Part shown: positions 23,571 through 35,277 of the stretch, piece by piece | Position numbering within the stretch: the stretch's first letter is position 1 | Layout: every line of letters starts with the position of its first letter | Assembly: GCA_964019335.1 (NCBI GenBank) | Contig: OZ025648.1 | Coordinates: 682,001 to 746,000, forward strand | Source of the DNA: Diplonema japonicum | Taxonomy: Eukaryota; Protista; Euglenozoa: Diplonemea | Reading direction: 5' to 3' | Length of the DNA stretch: 64,000 nucleotides | Notes under the pieces: model-generated | Seen by the model: the letters and a program-made list of their open reading frames with translations, nothing else | The model's database searches: none | What the model was told of the DNA's origin: nothing | Position numbers and translations under genes: made by a program

Positions 23571-24257
23571 ATGGGTCGTCGTCCCGCCAAGTGCTACAGG
23601 TTCTGCAAGAACAAGCCGTACCCCAAGTCCAGGTTCTGCCGTGGTGTTCCTGACTCCAAGATCAGGTCTTTCGAGACCGGCAGGAAGAGGGCTGATGCTT
23701 CTGAGTTCCCCGCATGCGTGCACGTTATTTCCATGGAAAAAGAGCAGCTCTCCTCGGAGTGCCTTGAGGCCGCCCGTGTTGCCGCCAACAAGTACATGGT
23801 GAAGTCCTGTGGTAAGGATAACTTTCACCTTCGTATCCGTGTCCACCCTTACCACGTGCTGAGAATCAACAAGATGTTGTCCTGTGCTGGGGCGGATAGG
23901 CTCCAGACCGGAATGAGGGGTGCCTTCGGTAAGGCCCACGGTACCGCTGCCCGTGTGAAGATTGGTCAGATCATCTTGTCCATCCGTACCAGGGAGCAGT
24001 TCTCGGAGACCGCCACTGAGGCTCTTCGTCGTGCTAAGTTCAAGTTCGCTGGTCGTCAGTTGGTGTTGACCTCGCACAAGTGGGGGTTCACCCACTGCGT
24101 GAAGGAGGACTTCAAGGTATGAAAAAAGCAAAAAAATACAGAAGGCAACCCACAACCACAGGAGAGGATGGAGAACAAGACCCTGCTTTACGACGGTTCC
24201 TTCTCCAAGAACGCCAGGCGTCACGGTGTCATCAGCTCCAGGAACTGCTTCGGCTAA
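23571..24257 (+). CDS. RPL10: 60S ribosomal protein L10, copy 3; intron 24117-24161
   Basis: Encodes the same protein as copy 1. Confidence 0.97.
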
Positions 24258-25195
24258 ACACCTTGCTGAAGCCTGTTCAGTTTTTCTTTTATCTTCCATT
24301 TTCTATGCCCACGACAACATTAAAAAAAAAAAAAAAAAATAACGAGAAGTAGCCCTCTGCGTTCCCAAACCAAAGGCGCGCTTTAAGATGGATGGTTGCA
24401 AGAAGTATCAAGTCATTTATCACGTAGATGCCGGTGGAGGGAGAGGGTTAGTGTTTTTTTTTACTTCTTTTTGTTTTTTTTTTTACCCCCCTGCCCCCAC
24501 CACGCCCCCCTCCCACACCTACTCGTTTCATTTTCTTCATTTTTTATTGCAAATGCAAAACCCATGTTTGGCTTTGTGCTGGTGTTGCGAAAACCGTGAG
24601 GCGGCAGAAACAAAAAAAAAAAACAAAAACATGATGAAACCGTAGTTAAAGAACATTGGTCCATTCTATGAAGACACAGTCTCCTGATTCCCCTTTAACA
24701 CATAAATGACAGAAGGAACCTGACCATTTGAGATCCGAATTCGCCCCGATGGTGGCACAGAGCCCCGTACTTGGCTTTCCCCTCCTCAGCGGAAACAACG
24801 TAATCTGTTGCCATCTGGTGCCCATTCATGGTTCTCCCTCCAGTGTCAAATCGCAAAAGTCATTGCTATTGCATCTCGGCCGCTTTGCGGTATCGTCTGG
24901 GGCATCTTGCCTGAATCAGACCCCACTGTCCTTTTCGCTCTTTTTTTCCACTGTTTCTCTCCACAGTTTCGCAGAAAATAAAAAATGAAGCGACTAGAAG
25001 CACCCTGAGCGGCATGCTACGCCATACAAGCTGGCTGAACTACAGATGAGATGATTCAAGCCTCTGGCTTCTTCTGTGGCGTACACTTTCCCCTATCTTT
25101 CTCTTTTTATGTACTTATCGTTAGAAATGATTTCAAGTTTACCCTTCCTACAGCAGGCTCCTTGCTAAAGGAGGGGGGAAATAAATTTGAGTAAT

Positions 25196-25618
25196 ATGGA
25201 ATTACAGAAAAACAGAGGGATGTGCACAAGGAACGCCCTGTGGGCACTTGTGTTGGGTACCGCATTGGTCAGTGTGGCCCTGGTGTACGTGGACTCGGGT
25301 GAGTACTTGAGTATTTCAGTAGGAGATGAAGTAGCTTTCGCAGGGACGGTATTCATCCCCCTGTTGGCCGTGGCGGCGATGTATAGTTATCGATTTTATA
25401 TAGGGGCTGACTTTGAGGGCATACCCTGCAAGAGATCCTCCTCAGATATGCTCAGCATGGGTTTGTTCACAGCGGGGTTCCTCCTCCCTCCTCTTTGGCC
25501 GCTCAATGCTACCATTCACCTCCGTTCTGACTACAAGCGCACGAAATTCTGGGCCGCTTTCTCACTCCTCACCACCATCATCCTCCTTGCAGTCCTCCCC
25601 GCCTTGCTAGTCCCTTGA
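25196..25618 (+). CDS. Small multi-pass membrane protein (about 4 TM)
   Basis: ORF with four hydrophobic stretches, including LFTAGFLLPPLWPLNA. Confidence 0.65.
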   Translation: MELQKNRGMCTRNALWALVLGTALVSVALVYVDSGEYLSISVGDEVAFAGTVFIPLLAVAAMYSYRFYIGADFEGIPCKRSSSDMLSMGLFTAGFLLPPLWPLNATIHLRSDYKRTKFWAAFSLLTTIILLAVLPALLVP

Positions 25619-25820
25619 CGTCGAAGGAGATTAGCCAGCAAACAGTTTGTTCTAATAATAGATATGTCAAATATATGGTATTTTCTTGTCAAGACAAAAC
25701 CCCGATCTTCTAAAAAAGTTTTTTTTTGAAGTTTTGCAAAGAAAAAAAAAAATGCACTAAAGCGGTCCAATTGGTGAAGGGACTCTAGCACCACAGCCCA
25801 AACGCGGTTTTAAGCCGTTT

Positions 25821-25854
<34 letters not shown>

Positions 25855-25971
25855 CTACCCATTTTTTGCAAGAACGAGTCTTTGACTTGTCTAAACAAAA
25901 GGGGAACGTTGGCAACGTGTTTCAGATTGACAAATTTCTCCAGGTTTTACCTGGCACGCACAAACAAAAAG

Positions 25972-26479
25972 ATGACGGCACTAGACTGGGATGATCTGGT
26001 CCAATACGCGGACCTGGAGTGCCCCTCGGGAAGTACCCGTGCACCTCACCTCGCGGACTGTGTCTTCGAGGACCTCGCACGGTGACACGGTAGTGCACTG
26101 TGCGAGATGCGATGCTAAGGGGCAGAAGACATGTCTGTCCTCTCGCTGCCCCCCACGCCTAGGTCAGGCGTTTCTTCCAGTGGAAGAATCCACCCAGTGG
26201 GTGCCCCCCATGTATATGGGCGGTTAGAAAGCTTGGCGAAGCTTTGGTCCTGTCGACCCGGTGGTGGAGTCCCCTCCATCAGCGGACCTCAGTGAGGTTC
26301 AGACTAGTACTCCAGGGCGAGGGCGGCCGCCAAGAAGTCCGACCACGTTGACGCTGCAACAAAAAATGCCCTCGACCGCAGAGGCCTGCAGCGCCTACTC
26401 GCCAACATTACTCCAAAAAGCGCAAGACCTTGTGAAGGTCGGGGTTGACTCCACCCTCCCTTTGACGCCCGTGGCGTAG
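25972..26479 (+). CDS. Possible hypothetical gene, exon structure unresolved
   Basis: GC-rich coding-like island starting MTALDWDDLVQYADLECP and ending in ORF 26261-26479. It needs one or two introns that I could not place confidently. Confidence 0.35.
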
Positions 26480-26745
26480 GTGTCACACTTCCCCATATTA
26501 GGACAGGCTCAACGCCTATTTTTCTTTCCAAAAACTGTTTTAAAAAACGTGCAGCATTCTGCATTTCTTTGTTGTTGCTTTTTTTGAAGTCCCTTTCCCC
26601 CTCTTTAGTGTTTTTTTTACAGCATTTATGGGAAACTGGAGGTCACGACAATACCGTATTTATGACTACATATATTTCTTACACTTTTTTCTTTGTATTC
26701 TCTTATTAGGCTTGCACGGCGTGTTTTCAACATATCACTAGAGAT

Positions 26746-27234
26746 ATGGCTGCAGCAGTGCCACCCGAAGAGTGCCCGCCCGACGGCTGGTGTTTCGTGG
26801 GCGAAGGCTCTACAGTGTTCAGGAGCTTCGAATGGGTGCTGAAGGTGTTTTCAACGGAGAACAAATTTGAGTACTCCTACACAACCATCATAAAGGGTAT
26901 ACGGGCTTCGCTGCACAGGAGGGGACACTACGAGGTGGCAGGCGGACGGTTATTCTGCACTGTAGAGGGTAAGATCCGGATAACGAGAGGGAACGGTCCG
27001 CCCTCCGTCACCCCTGACCCCGTGAGGGGGCATGAACAGCTTGTGTTCGACTTCGGAGACGGCGTCCTCACGTCAGATGAGGCAACACCGATGGAAGCGA
27101 AGCTGGTGCTGAAGCCGCTCGAGGTGTCGAGGGCATGCAAAGACTTATTGGACTTCCGCCCACCCGAGAGGGAGGATGATACAGTCTTCCCTCCTGTAGA
27201 AGAGCGCCCATCTGTCATAGAAGAAGTAGAATAG
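26746..27234 (+). CDS. Hypothetical protein (162 aa)
   Basis: Coding-composition ORF; the ATG follows an AG. Confidence 0.65.
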   Translation: MAAAVPPEECPPDGWCFVGEGSTVFRSFEWVLKVFSTENKFEYSYTTIIKGIRASLHRRGHYEVAGGRLFCTVEGKIRITRGNGPPSVTPDPVRGHEQLVFDFGDGVLTSDEATPMEAKLVLKPLEVSRACKDLLDFRPPEREDDTVFPPVEERPSVIEEVE

Positions 27235-27299
27235 AGCATTGTTGTTGTATCAAGGCACCTGCACCATGCACAGCACACAGGAGAAAGACATACAAACCA

Positions 27300-28285
27300 A
27301 TGACATCGAAACACATGACGGTGGTAGGGGCGTGCTTCATGGACTACGTCTCGTACGTGGACAGGTTCCCCATGGCGGGGGAGACGCTGCACGTGAACGA
27401 CTTCAAAAAGGGCTTCGGTGGGAAGGGGGCGAACCAGGCTGTGATGATGGGGAAGCTTGGCGGCAGGGTGCGGATGGTGGGCCTGGTCGGCACTGACGGC
27501 GACGGGGAGGAGTACTTGAAGAACTTCGAAAGGGAAGGGATCGAGACGAAGTACGTGACGAAGGTGGAAGGAGAGTCGACGGGGCTGGCGAAGATCCTGG
27601 TGGATAAGACAGGCGAGAACACGATTGTGATCTGCCCGAACGCAACAAAGAAGGTCTCAGTGGAGCACATGAAGGGGCTCGACTGGATGGAGGGCACGGA
27701 CATGGTCGTGTGCCAGAACGAAGTCCCGTTGGATGCAAACCTGTGGGCGCTGGAGCAGGCATCCAAGGCGGGGAAGCAGACTGTGTACATCCCCGCACCT
27801 GCCCCTACACCCGAACAGCTCCCGAAGCTGCTGCCTGTTATGCAGTATGTGTCGGTGATCGCACCTAACCAGCACGAGGCATCCATCATGCTGGGCTACA
27901 CTGTCAATGGCATTGAAGAGGGCAAGAAGGCAGTGCTGGACCTCAGGGAAAAGGTCTTGAAAAACGCCTCCTCCGCTGTTATCATCACAATGGGCGGCGA
28001 CGGCTGCATTGTGCTGGAGCCGAACTGCACCACCGCAGTACACGTCCCTGCCTCCAAGATCCCTAAGGAGCACATCATCGACACCACTGGTGCTGGTGAC
28101 TGCTTCGCTGGCTCCTTCTGCTACTACCTCTCCACAGGATGCTCTTTGCTAGACGCCGTTACTAAGGTATGTACCTTGACACACTGTTGCAACACCAACA
28201 GGCCAACGTCTGTGCCGGCGTGTCGGTGCAACGCAAGGGAACTCAGTCGTCCTACCCATCAGCAGAGGAGGTCGCCAAACTGTAG
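27300..28285 (+). CDS. RBKS: Ribokinase (PfkB family) with C-terminal PTS1 -AKL; intron 28167-28201
   Basis: Motifs GGKGANQAV and DTTGAGDCFAG. Removing the 35-nt intron gives the conserved end KANVCAGVSVQRKGTQSSYPSAEEVAKL*. Confidence 0.93.
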
Positions 28286-28613
28286 GGGGGGGGTTTTTTT
28301 TTTCCCCTCTATTTTTTTTCTCCGCGGAAAAAAAACCAATGCAATTGTAACGAGGGGGTCTGGTACAAAGTAAAAAGAAAAATTAATTATACAACAAGAA
28401 ACAAAAAAAAGGCGAGAAAAAAAAGAGGGGGGGGAACTATCGAGATCTTCACATACCCAATACCATATTGTAACGTTCTGACTTTCATATCCCTTTCAAC
28501 GGTTGCCCACACCATTTTTTCCTTTTCAAAAAAAAAAAAAAATCAGCCAAAGGGGCACGTTGTCGATACATGGGGTGTAGTAGCCGTGGGGCTTGGCTTG
28601 GGTGTGACTAGAA

Positions 28614-31600
28614 ATGGCTGTGACTATTGCAGCGGTTATAGCTCCATTACCGAATAATGATGACGAGGAGGACACGAAATCCAAAGGGCAGAGCTGCGAG
28701 GCGGATTTGGAAACAAAGGAGAGCACAATGGCGTGGGAAGAGGGTGATCTGGAGCTACCTGCAGACGTGTCTGAAAAGGTATGCACGACACTACCTCTCC
28801 CTCGACCACACCACACACACACACACACAGATCATATCGACAATGACAAAGCGGCAGAAGGTACACGCCATCCTTGACGCCACAGGATTCCAAGAGGAGC
28901 ACTACGCGGATCGGAACCGCATTTTGCGCAACATAGCGCTGATCATCTCCTTCTCGCTCATCATTTTCAGCGTAATCATCTTCACCTTAGACTCCCTCCC
29001 CGCCTATTATCGGCGAGATCTTCTATCCTTCTTTGTCAGCGAGGCTGTGTGCATCGGGTGGTTCACCATAGAACTCTTCACTCGTGCTGTTACTTGCTCC
29101 GACATGCCTAGCTTCTCAAAATCCCCTATGAACTGGATTGATCTTGTGGCTATATTCCCATTTTATATGGATATCGTGGTCAGGTTTACCGGGTCAAGCG
29201 GGGCGTCAAATGCGAACGGTTTGGTATGAATTTCTTTTTTTTTTTAATTTCTTTTTTAACCCATAACACTCCGGGGCCTATCTACATAGGGGTCCCTTTT
29301 TTGCTCCTTTTCATAATTTGACGGGGAAAATGGCAGCATTTAACCCCCGTTTGCAGGTAAAACGGGTTTTTTGGACCAGGAAAAATTAAAAAAAAGCTCA
29401 AAAATTAATAAAAATACAAAGGGGATGAAGAGTTGAATGGCCGTAGGGTGCTCAAAAACGACCATGTCAAAATGGGTTGTGCACGGGGGGGTGTAAATTG
29501 AGCATCTTGGGACAAAAAAAGCAGCATCAGGACCCCTCAGATGTCTCAGACCGAGAGAAGTGCCTATTTGCGGGTGGAATATCGGCCTCGAAATCGTCAA
29601 GAAGCCTTTTTGGGGTGATGGAAGAGTGGTACGAAAAAAGCACTTATTTGGACAGAGGTGTTGGTTACAGGTGTAGCATTTGTAGATTGTGCGTTTTGTG
29701 TCATCCTTTCAACCTGCAGAACCTGGAGTTGCCCCCTTTGAGTGGTTGGTGGTCACGTTTGGTGTAATCTGGGGTGTCGGGTGTGTGTGCTCCACTAGTT
29801 GGGTGCCGGGAGTGGTGTTTTTGCAACGCTGGACCCATCATTTAGGCTCTCTCGAAAGCGCTCTTTAAAAGCAGCCAGGGTTTTGTATCTCTTTGGCTGA
29901 ACCCTAACCATATTTTATTTAAAGTGCAAGGCAGTTAACTATTGTCACTTCTAGGGCCCACCAGAAGAGTCCGCAACACTCCAACGAAATGCAAGCCCCC
30001 TCACAGTTTTTTCACAGGGCTTCGGCCAGACCCACAGTCGAAAAGTAGTTATTGCAAACTACCGTGTTGTCGTTCCCCGAAAATTCCCCGTTAACCCCAG
30101 CACCACCTTTTCCACGACACTGAAATCTTCAAGTGCGTGCCCCTCGATTTTGGTGGCGTGGATGTGAAAACGCGAAAGATAACCCGTGCTCACGCAGTTT
30201 AGGCAGTATATTTTTATGCCATCTCTCTTACGCTTGAGAGGACAGTAGACCCCAAGCCCCCCCAATTGCCCCGTGACGGTACGAGTGTCTCGTCAATGCT
30301 TAAATATTTTCCTGGCACTGCTGTTTTTGCCCACTTGTTACCAATTCTGTCCAGAAACCCTCGTGTCTTCCACAACACATCACCGTTTGACTCTTCTGTG
30401 TGAGTGAAGTGGAGGCTACTTTTAATTTCCTGGTAGCGTCTCCTGGGCTTCGTGTTACTGAAAAGGGGGATTTTCATGGGTCCTGTGGACCAATACGTTT
30501 GCTAATTCTGGGCACGCCGCAAACCCATTATAATGCTCAATCCGAGAAAGCGGTGGAGTCCTGGGTTGAAATCTTATCAATCTCAGCGTCCTTTTGCTTG
30601 TTTGTCTCTTCTTGGATGACGTCTGTGAACTTCTTATCAAAAAACCGAAGGAATAATCATTTTGCGTCGTCAGGTTTCTGCGTACCACGGGACAGCTTTT
30701 TTCCCCCCCACCGGCCTATTTTATGGTCTCTATGGAGTTGGTACCCATGAAGGTTGGACCTCGTCCGTAGCTGTTTTGGCTTTACCTTTGCGTTTTTTGG
30801 ACACAGTCTGCACACCCGTTATTTTGCGTTTTTTCGCCTATCCACTCGGATTTGGGACCCACTTGGTGGGTGGATAACAAGGTAAAGTGATGCAGTGCAA
30901 CATGAATTGCAGTTGAAAATAACTCCTCACTATAGTCGTTCTTGGAGATCCAGGGGTCGTGGGGACGAAAAAGTACTTAGAGAAAAAAACGATTTTTCAA
31001 AACGACAAATATTTGCGCCTTGGAGTGTTATGGGTTAAATAAATTTATTATTTATCAGGTGTTGCTCAGAGTGATACGCCTTACCCGGGCGTTCAGGGTG
31101 TTCAAACTCTCAAAGTACAATGAGGGCGTGCAGATAGTAGTGGCGGCGGTGGTTCGGAGTCAAGACGCCCTGTCGCTGCTAGCATTTCTCATGATGATCG
31201 CAACGGTGCTCTTCGGGTCGAGCATGTTCTACGCCGAACAAGGCGCTGCTGATTTCAGCGAAACAGAACGAAGATGGATCCGACGGGAAGCTTACGGCGG
31301 TGATGCAGTGCAGCATCCTTTTAAATCCATACCACACGCCTTCTGGTGGTGTCTTGTCACGGTATATATACTTCAAAAAAAAAAAAAAAAAAAAGGTCAC
31401 TTCCGTGGGGTATGGGGATATGTACCCTGTTACACTCCCTGGGTACTTGGTGGGATGTGGGACTATGATGACGGGGATGTTGCTGGTAGCCTTCCCGATC
31501 ATCATTCTTGGTGCCAATTTCACGGAGGCTCGGATTGAGTACTTTAAAGACAAGGAGCTGGACTTGCAATTTCGTCGGTACCAGCGGCGGTACCTAGTGG

Positions 31601-31839
31601 AACATTTACGAGGGCCTATGAGTACGGAGGACATTCTGCAGGTTATTGACACAATACCTCCCATTCCTGAGGTGATGGAGATCATAGGCCCCAACATCGA
31701 TAGTGATGATGTTACAGATCTCATCGCACTCTTGAGCTCTCGCCTTGAAAGTCTGGAGCAAAAAATGGAAAACTGTCAGCAAGAAAAAAAGGACCTCCGA
31801 AGTAGTGGATTCAAGTATATTGATAACACATCTACTTAA
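28614..31839 (+). CDS. Voltage-gated K+ channel (Kv-like, no obvious T1 domain); exons 28614-28778, 28831-29223, 31059-31361, 31396-31839
   Basis: S2 EAVCIGWFTIE, S3 MNWIDLVAIFPFY, S4 LRVIRLTRAFRVFKLSKY, and pore WWCLVT|VTSVGYGD. All exons join in phase 0. Confidence 0.92.
29260..31034 (-). mobile_element. Internally deleted piggyBac transposon inside intron 2 (29224-31058) of the Kv gene
   Basis: TTAA at 29256-29259 and 31035-31038, with 13-bp perfect TIRs CCCATAACACTCC. Minus-strand transposase remnants: GKYLSIDETLVP, KRKRDGIKIYCLNCVSTGYLSRFHIH, NNYFST, RTLLVALEVTIVNCL, and a C-terminal Cys-rich TKRTIYKCYTCNQHLCPNKCF. The frame is broken by stops and frameshifts. Confidence 0.93.
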
Positions 31840-32481
31840 CTGCTGACGGGGGTGGGGGGAGGGGAAAAAAAAAACAAAAAAAAATTACCCCTTCCGGGAT
31901 ATGATTTTTTTTTGTTTTTTTTTTTGTCTTGCAGTCTTAATATTTTTTGCTGTCCCCTTGATTCCCCCGCTCCCTTTTGTTTGTTTTTTTTTCCCCCTTT
32001 TTTTCTTTTTCTTGTTTTTATTCTTCACTACTTTTGTAGTTCGGTTGTCTTCTTCAGTAAAGGAATAACAAAAAAAAAATCTTATTTTTATTTTTGCTGT
32101 GAAGGGATACAGCAGGAGGTGCCCCTCGTTTTTGTCTTTTAGTTTCGGTTTTACAGCCGACTGGACTGCCCACTGATCTTTTCCCCCCCACCCTACCACT
32201 TCCTCCCTGTCCCCCCTGTTTTTTTTTTTTTTCTTTCTTTTTTTTTCTTCTTCTTTTTTCCCTTTTTTTTTCCCACCCTCCGTTCCCTTTCTACATTTTT
32301 TTAAAATTCTGAGCCATCCTTGTACTGGAGCTGTCCTATTGGCCTGTCGTCTTTGTTGCGGTTAGTGGTGCACGGGGGAGTGGAAAGAATTTTTTTTTTA
32401 CATTTATATATTTAGTTGTACACAGGCAAGAGCTGCCCTTTCCTCTTGTGAGATAAAAAAAAAAATAATACACCAGAATAC

Positions 32482-34192
32482 ATGTCTGCATCATCGCAGG
32501 CAGAGTTAGACTTCAAATCGGAGCAATATTTGAGAGATAAGAAAGTGCCCCAGATCATCAACGAGCTGGTGCAGGAGCTAGTCACGAACAAGCCTGACGA
32601 CGCACTAGGCTACATGAGCGAGCTGATACCGAAGATGAAAGAGACCGACAAGGGAGCGAAGAAGGCAGAGGAGGAGCGCTGCCCCAAAGAGTTGAACGAG
32701 AGGCCACTCGCCATCGTGGTGCTTGGCGCCAGCGGGGACCTTGCAAAGAAGAAGACCTTCCCTGCCCTTTTCCAGTTGTACGCGCAGGGGCTCATCCCCT
32801 CTAAAACCTCCATCGTGGGCTACGCAAGGACTGCCATGTCACACGCCGAGTTCTGCGCGAAGCTGAAGCCCACCCTGTCCAAGGACTGGGACGATACCGT
32901 CATCGAGAAGTTCTTCCTGCAGTGCCACTACGTGAAGGGCAGCTACGACAATGGCGATGACTTCAAGAACCTGAACAAGACGCTCATGGACCTCGAGGCA
33001 CCGCACAGCTGCGGCAGCCGCCTCTTCTACCTCGCACTCCCGCCTTCCGTCTTCCTCCCTGCATGCTCCTGCATCAAAACACACTGCCACGCGGTCGCCC
33101 CTGCCTGGAACCGCGTCATCATCGAGAAGCCGTTCGGCAGAGACACCGAGTCTTCCGCCAAGTTGGCCACGGACCTGGGCATGCTCTTCCAGGAGAGCCA
33201 GATCTTCCGCATTGACCACTACCTTGGGAAGGAGATGGTGCAGAACCTCATCACGCTCAGGTTCTCGAACAAGCTCTTCTCGCACATCTGGGACAAGTCG
33301 TGCATCTCGAACGTGCAGATCACCTTCAAGGAGACCATCGGGACCATGGGCCGCGGGGGGTACTTCGACTCGTCGGGCATCATCCGCGACGTGCTGCAGA
33401 ACCACCTGCTGCAGATCCTCGCCCTCATAGCCATGGAGAAGCCAAAGACACTGTCGCCGGAGGCCGTCCGTGACGAGAAGGTCAGCGTGCTGACGCATGT
33501 GAAACCCGCACAGCTCTCAGACACAGTGCTAGGGCAGTACACAAAGTCCCTGAACGGGTCTGAACCGGGGTACCTGGACGACCCGACGGTGCCTGAGGGT
33601 TCGAACACACCGACCTTTGCGCAGACAGTTCTGTGGGTGGACAACGACAGGTGGGACGGCGTCCCGTTCATCTTGAAAGCAGCGAAGGCAGTGGAGAGGA
33701 AAGAGGTCACCATCAGAGTCCAGTTCAAACCTGAACTGCGGCCGTTCGGCGACCAGGTCAACAGGAACGAGCTTGTCGTCCGGCTGCAGCCCAACGAAGC
33801 CATGTACCTCAAGATCAACGCTAAGGACCCCGGCATGACCTCTGCCATCCACACCACAGAGCTCGACCTCACCTACAAGGACAGGTACGGTGTTGCACTT
33901 CCTGATGCTTACGAGTCCCTTATCTACGAGGCCGTCTTGGGGCATACTACTAACTTCGTCCGTTCAGATGAGCTCGATGCTGCATGGAAGATCTACACGC
34001 CGCTTTTGAATGAGATCGAGAAGGGAACTATACGGTCTGAGCCGTACGTGTTCGGCACAAGAGGTCCTCCTGCAGCAGATGAGAGAAAGTACTCCTACTA
34101 TTCGGTATGTGGAAAAAAGAGAGGGGAGTAAAAATAATAACAATTAATAGAGAGGGCTAAGCAACTACAACTGGGGAGAACAGCAAAACTGA
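32482..34192 (+). CDS. G6PD: Glucose-6-phosphate dehydrogenase with N-terminal RIIa/Dpy-30-like extension; intron 34105-34150
   Basis: Motifs GASGDLAKKK, RIDHYLGKE and EKPFG. The final exon encodes RGLSNYNWGEQQN*. Confidence 0.95.
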
Positions 34193-35277
34193 GTTTGAAA
34201 AAAAAAAAAATACGGGAAAATTAAGTTAATAATACCGTCTCTGTTTTTTATGTTCCCCCCCCCTCCTTTTTTTTCCACTGCGAAGAAAAAAAAAGGAAGA
34301 GAGAGAGGGGGTAGGGGGAAGGGTTTTTTATGCGTTGTTCTGTCCCCCTTTTTAAAGTTTTTTTTTTTTGCCCGCCCCGCTCACTCCTTCCCTTGGCCTG
34401 TAGAAATACACTTCGAACGGTAAAAAGATGAAATATAGTTCCTTTCTCGTCAATAGTCGGTTGACACAGGACAAGAAAAGAAAAAAAAAAGAAATAAAAG
34501 AAACCCATGTCCCATGTAGCTCAAGAGACGCGTGATGCTACTAGTCTGACATGAAAGGAAGGGGTTGGCGATTGGCTAAGCAGCAGAGCAGGCATGGCAA
34601 AAAAAGAAAAGCCGTGTCTCCGCACCCCCAAGTTACCTACCCCTTTTATTATATTTGCGTGACCCCCCCCCCTTTTTTTATGTGGTCAAATCACCTCGGA
34701 GTGCCTTACTCCTGAAGCGCTCCTTGAGGAGAGACTACTACAGACCCACCCCCCCTTTTTCTCTCTCTCTCTCCCCCCCCCCCTTTACAGCTTTTTTTCT
34801 TTTTTTTAAAACAAACGGTTAGAGGGGGCCGGTGTTCCTGGGGAACACAAGGGGATTTAATAGGGGGCATAATATTTTTTAAAAAAAAATACAGAAAAGA
34901 AAAGGGGGAGGGGAGGGAGAAAAAAAAAACCCGATACAAAAAAGAATATCGAAAGAAATACGAAAACAACCCTTTTTTTTTTAAAAAAAGGACAAAAAAC
35001 ATGGCATATATAAAAAAAGGACCGACCTCTTTTTTTCCCTCGTTTTTTTTTTTACCCGCTCCCCCCCCTTTCCTCCTCCCCCTCCTTTTTTTTAAAAAAA
35101 AAAAAACTAACTCACCCTATATTAACGGCAAAATCTCCCCACCCCCTATTTTTTTATTATCACGTCAAAACAAATATTGTAAACCCCCCCCCCCCCCCGT
35201 CCCCTCTTAATACCCTTTTTTAAATAAAAAATAAACTCCTACAGAGAAGGGGGGAGAAGGGGGCGACAAAAAAAAAT

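Noticed and set aside
21952-24299. Long minus-strand ORFs (also opposite G6PD, CCDC146, PDI, NPRL2)
   Set aside because: They are antisense shadows of strongly codon-biased + strand genes, with no protein motifs.
24650-25080. Complex-sequence island, possibly a gene or TE fragment (similar islands at 2260-2430, 42930-43080, 58761-58950)
   Set aside because: No sustained ORF, termini or second copy in the window.
34151-34200. Hidden AKL (GCAAAACTG) after the G6PD terminal intron as an alternative PTS1
   Set aside because: In that frame AKL is not followed by a stop, so no acceptor choice produces a terminal AKL.
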